Notes under the pieces: generated by a model | What the model saw: the letters and a program-made list of their open reading frames with translations, nothing else | Told to the model about the DNA's origin: nothing | Databases searched by the model: none | Position numbers and translations under genes: made by a program | Assembly (NCBI GenBank): GCA_963699755.1 | Contig: CAVOVB010000001.1 | Coordinates: forward strand, 1,728,001 to 1,792,000 | Origin: an uncultured delta proteobacterium | Lineage (GTDB): Bacteria > Myxococcota_A > Polyangia > Polyangiales > Houyiibacteriaceae | Direction: 5' to 3' | DNA: 64,000 nucleotides | Part shown: positions 9,641-20,554 of the stretch, piece after piece | Numbering within the stretch: the first letter of the stretch is position 1 | Layout of the letters: each line of letters begins with the position of its first letter

Positions 9641-9682
9641 CGCAATTCTATCGCCAGGTCCGCAATTCGCGCATCATTTGCG
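9641..9682. promoter_or_regulatory. CGCA-N5-TGCG enhancer pair
   Basis: CGCATCATTTGCG at 9670 and degenerate CGCAATTCTATCG at 9641 (29 bp apart). Confidence 0.65.
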
Positions 9683-9722
9683 TCACTCGTCTGGAATGGC
9701 AGCCAAAGCAGGAGACTCCACT

Positions 9723-9738
9723 GGGCACGGGGTTTGCT
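9723..9738 (+). promoter_or_regulatory. sigma-54 promoter of DUF5335 operon
   Basis: GGGCACGGGGTTTGCT. Confidence 0.8.
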
Positions 9739-9769
9739 TCCTCTGAAGCATCAGCACTGGAGGCAAGCG

Positions 9770-10105
9770 ATGACGACACGGAAGTTAGAGAGCCCGGAGT
9801 GGCAACGGTACTTCGACGAGGTTTCAAAGCACCTCCCCACGATGCGGGTAGGCATTTCGGTCATGGGTGAGAAAATCGGCGTGCAGCCCGAGAGCGAAGG
9901 CAGCGTGTTGGTCGGAGTCAGTTACGACCCGAACGACGACGTTTTCTCGGTCGATGCGGTGAATATTTCGCACCGAGTGCCCAAGCCGAAGGAAATCTTC
10001 GTTCGCGAACAGGCTGGAAGGCTTTCGAGCATCGAGGTCATTGCGCAGGACGGGACGAAGCAAATTATCGAGCTCCGGCCGCTCCCCTCGTTGCCTGCTT
10101 CCTAA
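9770..10105 (+). CDS. DUF5335-family protein
   Basis: WQRYFDEVSK...GVSYDPNDD...HRVPKP...DGTKQII pattern; GGAGG SD before ATG 9770. Confidence 0.75.
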   Translation: MTTRKLESPEWQRYFDEVSKHLPTMRVGISVMGEKIGVQPESEGSVLVGVSYDPNDDVFSVDAVNISHRVPKPKEIFVREQAGRLSSIEVIAQDGTKQIIELRPLPSLPAS

Positions 10106-10128
10106 CTTGCGACTACGGAGGTCTGAAT

Positions 10129-10578
10129 ATGGGACAGACATGGATCTTGGTGGCACACGAAGCCGGCGCGCGACTGTTCGCGAACGACGGGATCGGAAAT
10201 GGCTTGGCACTCGTCGAATCGATCGACCACCCCGAAGGCCGGGCGCGCGACCGGGACATCGACTCCGATCGTCCCGGCCGCTCGTTTCACAAGAACAGCG
10301 GTGACCCCCGGCGCGCTTCGATGGGACAAAGCGAGAGTCCGCACGATAGGGTGGTTTCCGACTTCTCGAGAGAGCTGGCCGACAAGCTCCGGCACGCCCG
10401 TGTCCAAAATCAGTTCGATCGCCTGGTTCTCGTCGCGCCTCCGAGATTTCTGGGATTGCTACGATCCGCGCTCGATGGACCGACTTCGCAGCTGGTGATC
10501 GGCTCCATTCACAAAGACCTCGCGACCAGCAACGAGGCCGAGCTGATCCAACACCTCGGTGAAGTGATCGTCATTTGA
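10129..10578 (+). CDS. host attachment protein family (baeRF-related fold)
   Basis: TWILVA...ARLF, SDRPGR, LVLVAPPRFLGLLR, IHKDL motifs. Confidence 0.85.
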   Translation: MGQTWILVAHEAGARLFANDGIGNGLALVESIDHPEGRARDRDIDSDRPGRSFHKNSGDPRRASMGQSESPHDRVVSDFSRELADKLRHARVQNQFDRLVLVAPPRFLGLLRSALDGPTSQLVIGSIHKDLATSNEAELIQHLGEVIVI

Positions 10579-10623
10579 CCGGGCGCTCGTTCGTCGAACG
10601 CATGACAGCAAAAGGTAGATGAG

Positions 10624-11388
10624 ATGGCCAATTTCGAAATGCCTGTGATCGAATATATGACTAGCCCGGTAGAGACGATTCGAATTGGCGAAAGCCTCGT
10701 TGCCGCCGACGCGATGTTCACGGAGCAAGGCGTCTCTGCGCTCGGCGTCGTCGACGACGCCGGTGAGCTCAAGGGCGTAGTCTCGCGGACCGACATCTTA
10801 CACGCAGCGGTGTTCAGCCATGGCGTGACCTTTCGAGTCCCCGATCGTCCCGTCGAGGAGATCATGCAATCTCCGGCGCTTCAGGTTCCGAAGGATGCGT
10901 CCGTGGCCGAGGCCGCCAAGCTGATGCTGAAAAAGCACGTTCACCGCGTTTTCGTCACGAGCGCCGGCAAGGTCGAGGGCGTCATCTCTACACGCGACCT
11001 GATGCGAGCGGTTGGCGACAAGCGCATCAAGACACCGATTTCCGAGATCGCCTCCGGCTCCGTCATCAAGATCAGAGCCGAAGATCCGATCGCCATGGCC
11101 GTCGACCGCCTCGAGCTGTCCAACAAGCATGGTCTGGTGGTCGTCGAAGGAGACTTCCCGGTCGGCATCTTCGATCAGAGTTGCGCGCTGCAAGCGCGCC
11201 GATTGGCCCCGACCACCGCGGTCGAAAACGCGATGAACGTTTGCATTTTGATCCTTCCCGCTGCGATGGGTCTGGGCCGAGCCGCCGCGCAAGCCTTGGC
11301 GATGAACGTCCGCCGCATCTTGATCGAGAACGATCGAGGGGTGATCGGGATTGTTGGCGGGCTCGATTTTGCGCGGGTGATGAAATGA
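10624..11388 (+). CDS. CBS domain protein (two pairs)
   Basis: YMTSPV, GVVSRTD, IMQSP, HRVFV, GVISTRD repeats. Confidence 0.85.
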   Translation: MANFEMPVIEYMTSPVETIRIGESLVAADAMFTEQGVSALGVVDDAGELKGVVSRTDILHAAVFSHGVTFRVPDRPVEEIMQSPALQVPKDASVAEAAKLMLKKHVHRVFVTSAGKVEGVISTRDLMRAVGDKRIKTPISEIASGSVIKIRAEDPIAMAVDRLELSNKHGLVVVEGDFPVGIFDQSCALQARRLAPTTAVENAMNVCILILPAAMGLGRAAAQALAMNVRRILIENDRGVIGIVGGLDFARVMK

Positions 11389-11421
11389 CAGCCCCAAGCG
11401 TGGCTCACTGACTTCGAGCCG

Positions 11422-14400
11422 TCACAGCCACTTTTGGATATGCATGCCGAGGGCTGCTGGCCTGAGTGGGCTCCTATCCTTCGGCCTGACTCGGAACCGC
11501 AGCTCGTGGCCGCCGCTGGACCGAACGGTGAAGGCGCCCTGCCAGGTGCTCCGCTCTTCGCCGTCCTCCGATTCGAATGGGACGACGATTCTCGACGAGA
11601 GGTCGTGTAGGCGGCTGCCGTAGGTCACCACAGCTTCGACGACCAACTCTCGGGCGTCGAGCCCCGGGTGGTGAAGCGAAAGCTGGGCGGATACCGAAGT
11701 ACCGACGATCAGCTCGTCGCTGCTCAAACCGCCGAAGCGGACGCTTTCCATCGTGATCTCGTTCCAATGGCTTCGGATCGCTTCCGCCAAGTCGGCCAAC
11801 GCAAAGAGAGGGCGGTAGTTCGAGTCGCGCAGGGCGACGGCATCTTGCATGGCCGGCTCGTAGAAGTTGTCGGCATAGTCGGTGACCATTCGGCGAGCGG
11901 AGAACCGCGGAATGATGCTCGACATGCTCGCCTTCATCAGGTCGACCCAAGCGACCGGGACCCCTTCGGCGTTTCGATCGTGGTAGGTCGGCAGGATCTC
12001 GCCTTCGAGGAGTGCCATCGTCACGGCGCGGTCGTAGGCGCTCGGGTCGTGAATCGAAGTGGCCGGCAGGTCGATCACCCAGCCGTTGTTCTCTTCGTAG
12101 CCCTCGAGCCACCATCCATCGTCGACGCTGAGGTTGAGGCAGCCGTTGATGGCTGCTTTCATTCCGGATGTCCCGCTGGCCTCGAGCGGACGGGTCGGTG
12201 TATTCAACCAGACATCGCAGCCGGCCACCATTCGGCGCGCCGAATCGATCGAGTAGCCCTCCATGAAGATGACCCGGCCTGCGAGGTCGGGGTGCTTCGT
12301 GGCTTGGTAGACCCGTTGCAACAGCGCCTGCCCGTGACCGTCGGCCGGATGCGCCTTGCCGGCATAGATGAGCGTTGCGCCGGGGTTGCCGTTGAGCAGC
12401 TTGGAGAGCCGCTCCGGCTCGCTCAGGAGCAAGTCCGCGCGCTTGTAGGGCGCGAACCGTCGGGCAAAACCGATGAACATACGACCTTCGTCGAGCCGCC
12501 CGAGGATATCGCGGAGCAAAGAGAGGTCTTCGCGGCGTCGGGTCCACGTCTCGGTGAGGTGTTCCTTCAACCAATCGATGTAGTTCGCGCGCAGCTCGCA
12601 ATGCGTCGCCCAGATCTCGGCTGGATCGTGATCGCGCAACCATTGCCAGCTGTCCGGGTCGTCGATCTGGTTTTGCCAGTCGTGCCCCATTTGCCGTTCC
12701 ATCAGCCGTTGCCACGAAGGTGCGAGCCAAGTCGAAACGTGCACGCCATTGGTGATGCTCGTGCATGGCACGTCGTCGGGGTTGTCGAACTCCGGAAAGA
12801 ATTGGAGGAACATGTCCCGCGCGACTTCGCCGTGCTTGGCGCTGACGCCGTTGATTCGCCCCGCGTTTCGCACGGCAAGCGCTGTCGTTCCAAACTTGTT
12901 GGCTGCGTCATCGGGCGTGTTTCCCATCGCCATCAAGCGAGGCCAATCCATGCGGAGCACGTGCTCGAAGCGCGCCAAGTACGGGCGTACCATTTCTTCG
13001 GGAAAGTGGTCATGACCGGCGGGCACCGGCGTGTGCGTGGTGAAGACGGTCGTGTTGCGGATGTACTCGAACGCCTCTTGGGACCGGAGGCCGTGCCTCT
13101 TGATCAAGTGGGCCGCGCGCGCGAGGAGCAGGAAGGCGCTATGGCCTTCGTTCATGTGAAAGACGTCGGGTTCGATGTCGAGCTCGGTGAGCAGTTGGTA
13201 GCCTCCGAGCCCTAGGATCATCTCCTGTCGCAGACGGTGCGTAGTGTCCCCGCCATACAGGTGATTGGTGATCGCCCGGTCTTCGGGTCTGTTTTCCGGC
13301 AGGTTCGTGTCGAGCAGGAATAGCGGGACTCTGCCGACCTTCAGTTGCCAGGCCTGTATTTGGACCGGGCCGGTGGGCAGCGGCACGGTGACTCGCAGCG
13401 GCGAGTACCGTCCAACCATGACCTGCTCGAACGGAGGGCTCTCGAAATCGTTCGTGTCTCCGAGGTGCTCTTGCCGTCCATCACGATCGATGATCTGGCG
13501 GAAGTATCCGTCGCGGTAGGCAAGGCCGACCGCGCAGAGGGGCAGGTTCAAATCGCTTGCCGCCTTGAGGTGGTCTCCTGCGAGAATTCCGAGACCTCCG
13601 GAGTAGAGCCTCAAGAAGCCCGCAAGGCCGAACTCCATGCAGAAATAGGCGATTCTTGGGTCCTGCGATTCGGTCGCCTCGATCATCTCTCGATGGAGCC
13701 TCGTAACGTCCGCGACGTACTTCGCGTCGTCCGCTGCCGCCATGAGCCGACCTGGTTTCACCCGATCGAGGAGCGCATGCGGGTTCTCTTCGACCTTGAA
13801 CCAGAGCTCTGGATCGATTCGTTTGAAAAGCGAGGCGACTTCAGGGTGCCAACGCCACCATAGATTGGAGGCGATCTCCTTCAAGGCTTCCAGCTCGACC
13901 GGAAGCGCGTTCGCCACGACGAAGGTTCGGGTGTAGGGCGCGCCCTCTTCGCCTTCCGCCACGGCAGGCTTCACGAACGGGCCAAAAACCCCAGAGGAAT
14001 CGGAGGACCGCGCAGGCATCGAAGGAACGCTCAAGCGTTCCATTGGCAGCTCCTTGCGCCGCGCAGCGCCCGCTGCGAGGGCTCGGCGGTGCGCCTCCTC
14101 GTAGTGCTCCATGAAGTTGGACCAGTCGGTCAGGGCAGCGGTTCTCAAACAGGCTTCACCGAGCGCCGAACGGTCGTGTTCCGAAAGATCGATGAACTCG
14201 AGCAGCGCCGTCTTGAGCGATTTGGTGACTTCTGGTGTGGGCACGCCCTCGCGTTTGAGCACGCGGACGCCCGTGCGGTCCCCATCACCCTGCGCCGCAA
14301 CCCAGCGGCCGAATCCAGCGCGGTCCGTCGTGATCGCGGGGACTCCAAATGCGACTGCCTCGAGCGGCGTATATCCCCATGGCTCGTAGAAAGAGGGAAA

Positions 14401-15679
14401 GACGCCGAGGTCGGCGCCCGGAAGCAAGTCCCAGTACTTGTGACGGATCAACGGGTCGGTTCCGTCGAGGTAGATTGGCACGTGCACGACGTGGACCCGG
14501 CGCCCCAGGCGTGTTTTCGAAGCCGAGCGCATTCAGCTGCTTCGTGATCGGGTCGTTGGCCTCGTCCACGAGGTCGTGCGTACATCGCAGCGGGGGCCCG
14601 GCGAAAGTGCCGTGCGCGCGATCCCAGAGCTGACGCTTCGGCTCGGCATGGCCCGCAGGCAACATCGCATAAACGAGCACTCGCTTGCCGTCGCGCGATT
14701 CGAGCTCTTTTTGGAGGTCGGCCGCGGCGTCGAGGTACACGTCCACGCCCTTGTTGGTGTATTCGTAGCGGCCGGCGAGCGCGAAGATGAGCGTGTTTTC
14801 GCGATCGTACTCGTCGCCCGTGGTGAGCTCGGCGAGCTTGAAGAGCTCGTCGCGGGCGCGTTGCCGCTGTTCGAGCCCGACCGGCCTGGCGCCGAAGCCA
14901 TTGGGCAGGATCACGTCCGGTTTTCTCCCGAGGAGATGTTCGCACTCCAGCGAGGTTATCTCGCTGACCGTGGTGAAGACATCTGCTTCATGGGCTGCTA
15001 CCGATTCCATCGAGTGCTTCGACGAAACGCTCAGCTCCTTGGCCGCAACCTCGGGATCGATGCTTGGCAGTGATTCGTAGAAATTGGGATCGGCTCGCTG
15101 ACCAGCGAGCGAGCGTCCGAGCATCGTGGCATGCGTCGTGAACACCGTCCCGATTTCGGGCGCCGCGGTCTGCAGGTGTAGGATCGCGCCGGCCGACATC
15201 CACTCGTGCGCCTGAACGATCGCCGTCTGCCGTGCCGGAAGCAGAAACCGATCGCGGATGTGCTCGATGATCATACCCGCGCCGTGCGCGAAGAGCACCG
15301 GATCGTAGTAGTCCCAAGCTCCGAACAAGGAATCGAGCCCGTAGCGCTCCCAGTATCGTCCGAGGATCTCGTCCTTTCGCTCGTACAAGCGGGACTGGTT
15401 GATCAGCAGACAGCGCGGTTCTCCTGGAACCAGCCAGCGCCCCATCTCCACGCCCACCTCGTGGTCCTGGAGCGAGTCTTCGAGCTCCCGATCCCAGATG
15501 TCAGGCCGAAACTCAGGTGCGACGCCTTCGCTCCGCGGAACGTCCGGCCCGATGGTGATGTATCCGTCTTCCCCGTGGCGTTGTTGCACGTCCGGGACGC
15601 GGCTCGCCAGCACGGTGTGGATACCGCCCACCATGTTGCAGACCTCCCAAGAGATCTCGAAGAATACGGCCTTACTCAT
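11422..15679 (-). CDS. GT3 glycogen synthase-like / GT35 alpha-glucan phosphorylase fusion, one +1 frameshift
   Basis: EISWEVCN.VGG, GRYEYTNKG, YEPWGYTPLE (GT3), then NLWW, YSGGLGILAGDH, ARRFAPYKR, EASGTSGMK (phosphorylase); deleting one base of the run at 14503-14506 gives 1418 aa. Confidence 0.88.
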
Positions 15680-16879
15680 ACGTGAGCTTGTCTGTCTGCC
15701 GGGGCTAGCACCGAGAGGTTCAAGTCTTTCATGACGTTCATATAGTGGATGAACGCGTCGTATGGACCCTCGTAAGGACTGAAATAGTCATGCACCGCAG
15801 CGTCGGAGGCCGATTTCGTAGCCATATAGTAGAAATGGTCTGAAGTCTGCAAGCGCCGCCAGAGCGCCATCAAGTGAGAATTATTGCGTCTCCGAATGGC
15901 GCTGCCCAGCGAATAGACCTCGGCCAGGGCCCGCTGTTGCATGGCGTTGCCCTGCCAGGCGCTGATGTCGCGAGCCTCGTCGGCCCAGGAAACCGTCCGG
16001 TTGAATGAGAGCTCCCCAAGCGCCGAATACCGATCGATGACCTGGCTCGGCGTGAGGATGTCCCAATCCGGATGCGTGAAGAGCAGGTCCGGCAAGCGCT
16101 CGAGGAAATCGAAAATTCCGGTTTCCTTCCACTGATGCTCGCCAAACGTTTCGTAGTCCATGAACAGGTTGATGACATCGCCAGCGCTGCTGTGCCCGTG
16201 GACCCAACCGGCGAACTTCTCAGCGGTGAGCGGATAATCGCTCCAGGCCTTGTTCGAGAAGCGGAACGCGATGTCGTCGGAGAGCTTGTAGTTCTTGGCC
16301 AGAAGCTTCATCTCGCGGCCGGCGACGCGGTAGACGAAGTTCGGGCTTCTCCAATCGAGAACGTCGTCCGCACCCTCGATGAGCATCGCATCGAAGCCCT
16401 GGTCCGCGATGAACTGGCCAATCTCGTCGTTGTAGATGAGCTCGGTGTTCCGGAACACCCGCGGCACTTGCCCAAATTCCGACTTGATGAGCTTCAGCTC
16501 CATGTCGATCTGCTCCCGGTACTCGTCCTTGTCGTACAGGGCAGCGAGGCTGTGATAATAGGTCTCCGCAATGAGCTCGACCGCGCCGGTCTCTACGAGC
16601 CGCACGAAGCTGTCGAGCACCTCGGGCGCGTAAAGCTTCATCTGCTCGATCGCCACGCCCGTCACCGCGTAGGAAACGCGAAAACGGCCTTCGGTTCGCT
16701 CGATGATGCGAAGCATCGCCTCGTTGGCGGGCAAGTAGCACTTGTGTGGCCACCTTGCGGAGAACCTCGGCGTTGAGCTTTTCGTCGAAGTAGTCGTGGT
16801 CGCGACCCACCTGAAGCGCTCCGTAGGGCCGCAGACGATAGGGCTGATGCACTTCGAAATAGAAACAGACCGACGACAT
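15676..16879 (-). CDS. GH57 glycoside hydrolase (alpha-amylase-like), one +1 frameshift
   Basis: FEVHQP, ETYYHSL, FRNTEL, DYETFGEH, LQTSDHFYY; shift near 16746, repaired length 400 aa. Confidence 0.88.
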
Positions 16880-16887
16880 GGCTCACC

Positions 16888-18390
16888 TCATCCGCGCAGC
16901 ACGGACTCGTAGACTGGAATGAGTGTTTCAGCGGCGGCATCCCAGTGGATGTGCCGGATTTCTTCACGGGCTCGTTCGACGATGACCCGTCGCAACTCCG
17001 GAAGCTCCAAGAGCGCAACGATTTGGCTCGCCATCTTGTCGACGTCCCAGAAGTCGACTTTGAGCGCGTTGCGCAGCACCTCGGAGACGCCGGACTGCTT
17101 CGACACGATGACTGGGCGGTCGTAACTCATCGCTTCGAGCGGAGCGATGCCAAACGGCTCCGAGACCGAGGGCATGACGTACACGTCCGCGGTGGAAAAG
17201 GTGCGCTCGAGCTCTGCGCCGCGGACGAATCCAGGGAAACGGAACGATTTGGTGATGCCGAGCTCCTCGACCATGGCCTTCATTCGCGGAAGCATGTCTC
17301 CGGAGCCCGCCATGATGAACACTGCGTCGGGGACGTGCTGGAGAACGCGGGCGGCGGCTTGGACGAAGTACTCCGGCCCTTTTTGAAACGTGACCCGGCC
17401 GAGGAAAAGCACGACGGGCCCCTTGGAGCTGCGCTGTTCGGTGTAGGCCTCAACCGTCTCGCGCGTGTACACGCCGTTGTGCACGACCGAGATCTTGTCG
17501 AGTGGCGTTCCGTGGACTCGGTTGATGAGGTTGCGTGTGTAGTAGCTCACCGCGATGACCCGCGCGGCGGCCTCGAGCCCCTGATGCTCGACCGAGACGA
17601 TGTCGTGGTCGGCTCCGTGCCCCGCGCGATCGTATTCGAGGCTATGCACGTGAATGAGCAGTGGGGCTCCAGCGCGGCGCGAGATTTCGATGCCCGCCGG
17701 GAAGGTCATCCAGTCGTGCGCATGCACCAGGTCGTATTGGCGCCCCTGGACGCGGCGCGTGGCCGACATGGCGTAGCGAGCCACCTCGGAAAACAGGTCA
17801 TCGCCGTAGTGCGCCCCACTCGACGACTCTTGGGCATACGCAAAGTCCGCGCCGGGAACGTGAGCATGCTCGAGCCTCGTGAGCTCGCCCGGTGGGCCGG
17901 GCAATGGATGCAAGATCTCGGACGCCAGGATCTCGGCAATGGCGGTTTCGTGAAGCGCTCCCGTCGCGATGAGCTCCCGGTACGTCTTTTGGTCCAGGTA
18001 CGGTTTCAGCATGGCCGGCACGCGGATCATCTGGACTCCCGCCTCGCCGAGCGCTGCCGCCCCTGCACGCGCGGCCTCGGCAGCGGCGGTGAAGATCGGG
18101 TCGGTGGCGAGCGCGGGCTCGGCAGCGATCAATCGACTGAGCGGATGGTCCAGTCCGAAGGGAACCTGGGCCGGAGCTGGGGCCGGAGTTTGAGCCTCAG
18201 CAGTCGAGTCCGCGGACGCCGCCCCCAAGATCTGCATGTGCGGCGCGTCTTCCTCGCCGTACAGCCTCGGTACCAGGAAGTCGATTTCGATGCCCCGTCC
18301 CGCAAGCGCTGTCGTTAGCCCTTCGCACGCAGTCCCAAGCCCTCCACTAATGTGGGGAGGATACTCCCAGCCCAGCATCAAGATCTTCAT
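16888..18390 (-). CDS. GT4 glycosyltransferase
   Basis: MLGWEYPPHISGGLG, HAHDW, GRVTFQKG, SEPFGIAPLEA. Confidence 0.9.
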   Translation of the reverse strand: MKILMLGWEYPPHISGGLGTACEGLTTALAGRGIEIDFLVPRLYGEEDAPHMQILGAASADSTAEAQTPAPAPAQVPFGLDHPLSRLIAAEPALATDPIFTAAAEAARAGAAALGEAGVQMIRVPAMLKPYLDQKTYRELIATGALHETAIAEILASEILHPLPGPPGELTRLEHAHVPGADFAYAQESSSGAHYGDDLFSEVARYAMSATRRVQGRQYDLVHAHDWMTFPAGIEISRRAGAPLLIHVHSLEYDRAGHGADHDIVSVEHQGLEAAARVIAVSYYTRNLINRVHGTPLDKISVVHNGVYTRETVEAYTEQRSSKGPVVLFLGRVTFQKGPEYFVQAAARVLQHVPDAVFIMAGSGDMLPRMKAMVEELGITKSFRFPGFVRGAELERTFSTADVYVMPSVSEPFGIAPLEAMSYDRPVIVSKQSGVSEVLRNALKVDFWDVDKMASQIVALLELPELRRVIVERAREEIRHIHWDAAAETLIPVYESVLRG

Positions 18391-20378
18391 CGACTCGCCA
18401 TCTTAGCGACCCGCAAGACCTCTGCCACACTCCAGGCTTGTGCGGGCGCGCCTCCGGGCCGGTGGGGCGCGTCTCCGTCGAAGACCTCGCTGATTTGTCC
18501 GATACAGCCCTCGGTCCGAAGGTGCGCGGAAAGCGATGCAAGCACCGGGATCATCTCTTCGGTGGCTGCCTGCGGGCCTTCGATCGCCTCGACCGCATCG
18601 GCGTACAGGCCGAGAAGCCAGGGCCAGACGGTTCCCTGATGGTAGGCGCGGTCCCGCTCCGACTGCCCGCCGCGGTAGAACGGCTGATAGCTGGGATCGT
18701 CGGGCGAGAGCGTCCGGAGCCCCACCCTGGTGAGCAGCTTTTCCCGCACTGCAGCAAGCGCCCGCATCTTGTGGGCCTTGTCGATTGAGATACCGGGCAG
18801 GGAGAGCGCCCAGAGCTGGTTTGGCCGCAGCTGTTCGTCAGGGTGGTTTCCATCGTGTGTGTCGGTCAAGAAGCCCTGATCTTGAAGCCAGAACTTTTCC
18901 TCGAAATGATCGGACAGTTTCTTCGCGGTTTCGTCCCACTTCTCCACGAAGGCCGGACGTAGCTTCTTCGCCCATCGAAGTGCGGTCGTGAGCCCGAAAA
19001 GCCAGAGCGCGTTCAGGTCGACGGCGTAGCCCTGACGAGGGGTCACCGGCCAACCATCGAGGCGCGCATCCATCCAGGTGAGTGCCCAGGGCCCGTGATC
19101 GACGAAGAGGAAACCCTGCGCGTCGACGTGCACGCGGGGATCTGCGCCCTCGGCGATGCGTTCGATGAGGTCGAGGCAGACCTGTTGTAGGGCAGCGATG
19201 CGCCGGCTCCGCGTTCGCTTGGCGGTGAGGGCCGTCGCTCGGATGAAGAGCAGCGAGGCGTCGATCGACTCCGTGTTCGCTGGCACGTCACCACTTTGCG
19301 GCATGTTGGGCACGAGGCCGTTCACTAGGCGATCCGCAAGTGACTCGAGGATCGCAAGCGCCTTGTTGACCTCGTTGCGGGCTAGGCAGAGGCCGGGCAG
19401 GGCGATCAAAGAATCCCGCCCCCATTCTCCAAACCAGGGATAGCCGGCGATGATTCCGGTGCGACCCCCGGAAAGCTCGACCAGGTACGCATCGGCCGCG
19501 TCGTCGAGCTCTTGAACGAAGGAACGGCGTGAGCCCAAGACCGAGCTGAGCACCTGAGGCTCGTGGCTGGCTGCCGGCGTCGTACCGAGTCGAATGCAGA
19601 ACGCGCCGTCGTGCTTGAGGACGAGGCGGAACTCGCCCGGCGTGAAGAGGTCTTCCACATCGTCGTAGCCTCGCTCGCGTTCCCATTCGTAGTGAACGCC
19701 TTCGTACCAGTGGCCGTCTGGCCGAAAGACGCCTGCGGCGCCGTGCAGGCTCGCGATGAGGGCCGGTACGTTCTTATAGGGGTGCATGGCCACGCGAAGC
19801 GACTCGCCGTCTTCGATGTCGAGCTCGCCGTTCATGAAGGGGTTTGCAACGGTCAACGCATGGAGCGGCCGACAACGGATCAGCGGACGTAGGCGCAGAT
19901 CGGCCGGCTCGGTGAGCCCTTCGATCGTGTACCGAATCCAGACCGCGTCGGCGTCGTCTTCGAGCCAGAGCTCTCGCGTGAACGTGACCCCGCCAAACTC
20001 GTAGGACCAGCGGGGCAAGGGCTCGAAGCGGTTCAGGTAGTCGACACCGTTCGGCTCGACTGTGTTGCCCCAATTGTAGCTGTGCAGGGCGACTCTTTCA
20101 TCGCCGACCTTGAGCCACTCCTCGACCTCGGCGACCATGTTCAGCGGTTCGCCGACCCCCGGCTCCCGGACCGTGAGAAGTCCGTGGTACTTCCGGCGAG
20201 GGCATCGATCGATCGTACCCATCGCAAACGAACCGCGTGAATTGACACTCAGCCACTCGGCGTCCGGTGTGGTCGCTGCGGTTTCGAGGGCATCCTCTTC
20301 GCTTCCCTGCGCCTTGCGGAGCAGACGCAGCCCCGACGCACTGTCGGAGCGAGATGGGAACCAGCTTGGCAAAATCAC
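18387..20378 (-). CDS. glycogen debranching enzyme (amylo-alpha-1,6-glucosidase)
   Basis: RKYHGLL, IAGYPWFGEWGRD, TWMDA, YHQGTVWPWL, AQAWSVAE. Confidence 0.92.
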   Translation of the reverse strand: MILPSWFPSRSDSASGLRLLRKAQGSEEDALETAATTPDAEWLSVNSRGSFAMGTIDRCPRRKYHGLLTVREPGVGEPLNMVAEVEEWLKVGDERVALHSYNWGNTVEPNGVDYLNRFEPLPRWSYEFGGVTFTRELWLEDDADAVWIRYTIEGLTEPADLRLRPLIRCRPLHALTVANPFMNGELDIEDGESLRVAMHPYKNVPALIASLHGAAGVFRPDGHWYEGVHYEWERERGYDDVEDLFTPGEFRLVLKHDGAFCIRLGTTPAASHEPQVLSSVLGSRRSFVQELDDAADAYLVELSGGRTGIIAGYPWFGEWGRDSLIALPGLCLARNEVNKALAILESLADRLVNGLVPNMPQSGDVPANTESIDASLLFIRATALTAKRTRSRRIAALQQVCLDLIERIAEGADPRVHVDAQGFLFVDHGPWALTWMDARLDGWPVTPRQGYAVDLNALWLFGLTTALRWAKKLRPAFVEKWDETAKKLSDHFEEKFWLQDQGFLTDTHDGNHPDEQLRPNQLWALSLPGISIDKAHKMRALAAVREKLLTRVGLRTLSPDDPSYQPFYRGGQSERDRAYHQGTVWPWLLGLYADAVEAIEGPQAATEEMIPVLASLSAHLRTEGCIGQISEVFDGDAPHRPGGAPAQAWSVAEVLRVAKMASR

Positions 20379-20426
20379 AGTAATCCCCTTAGACCCAATT
20401 CCGGCTAGGGTCGAAAGCAGCTCCTA

Positions 20427-20442
20427 AGCAGGAGGCGTGCCA
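20427..20442 (-). promoter_or_regulatory. sigma-54 promoter of glycogen operon
   Basis: minus strand TGGCACGCCTCCTGCT. Confidence 0.8.
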
Positions 20443-20503
20443 AAGCCTGGCAGGTGAACCTGCCTGTTTCCGTCACAACTCGTCAACATTTGCCGCCGGG
20501 CGG

Positions 20504-20516
20504 CGCAACATCTGCG
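20504..20516. promoter_or_regulatory. CGCA-N5-TGCG enhancer
   Basis: CGCAACATCTGCG; weaker GTCAACATTTGCC at 20482. Confidence 0.7.
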
Positions 20517-20554
20517 GGGCCGCGCCCCAACAGCGCATTGGCTGCGCCTGCGGT

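Noticed and set aside
11668..13215. 515-aa plus-strand ORF (also 16945-18318, 20594-21682, 52163-53059)
   Set aside because: Antisense shadows of well-supported genes, expected from high-GC codon bias; no motifs
14490..14520. Programmed frameshift giving GT3 alone versus the fusion
   Set aside because: Break falls inside the GT3 domain before its catalytic motif, has no slippery heptamer, and matches six other +1 errors
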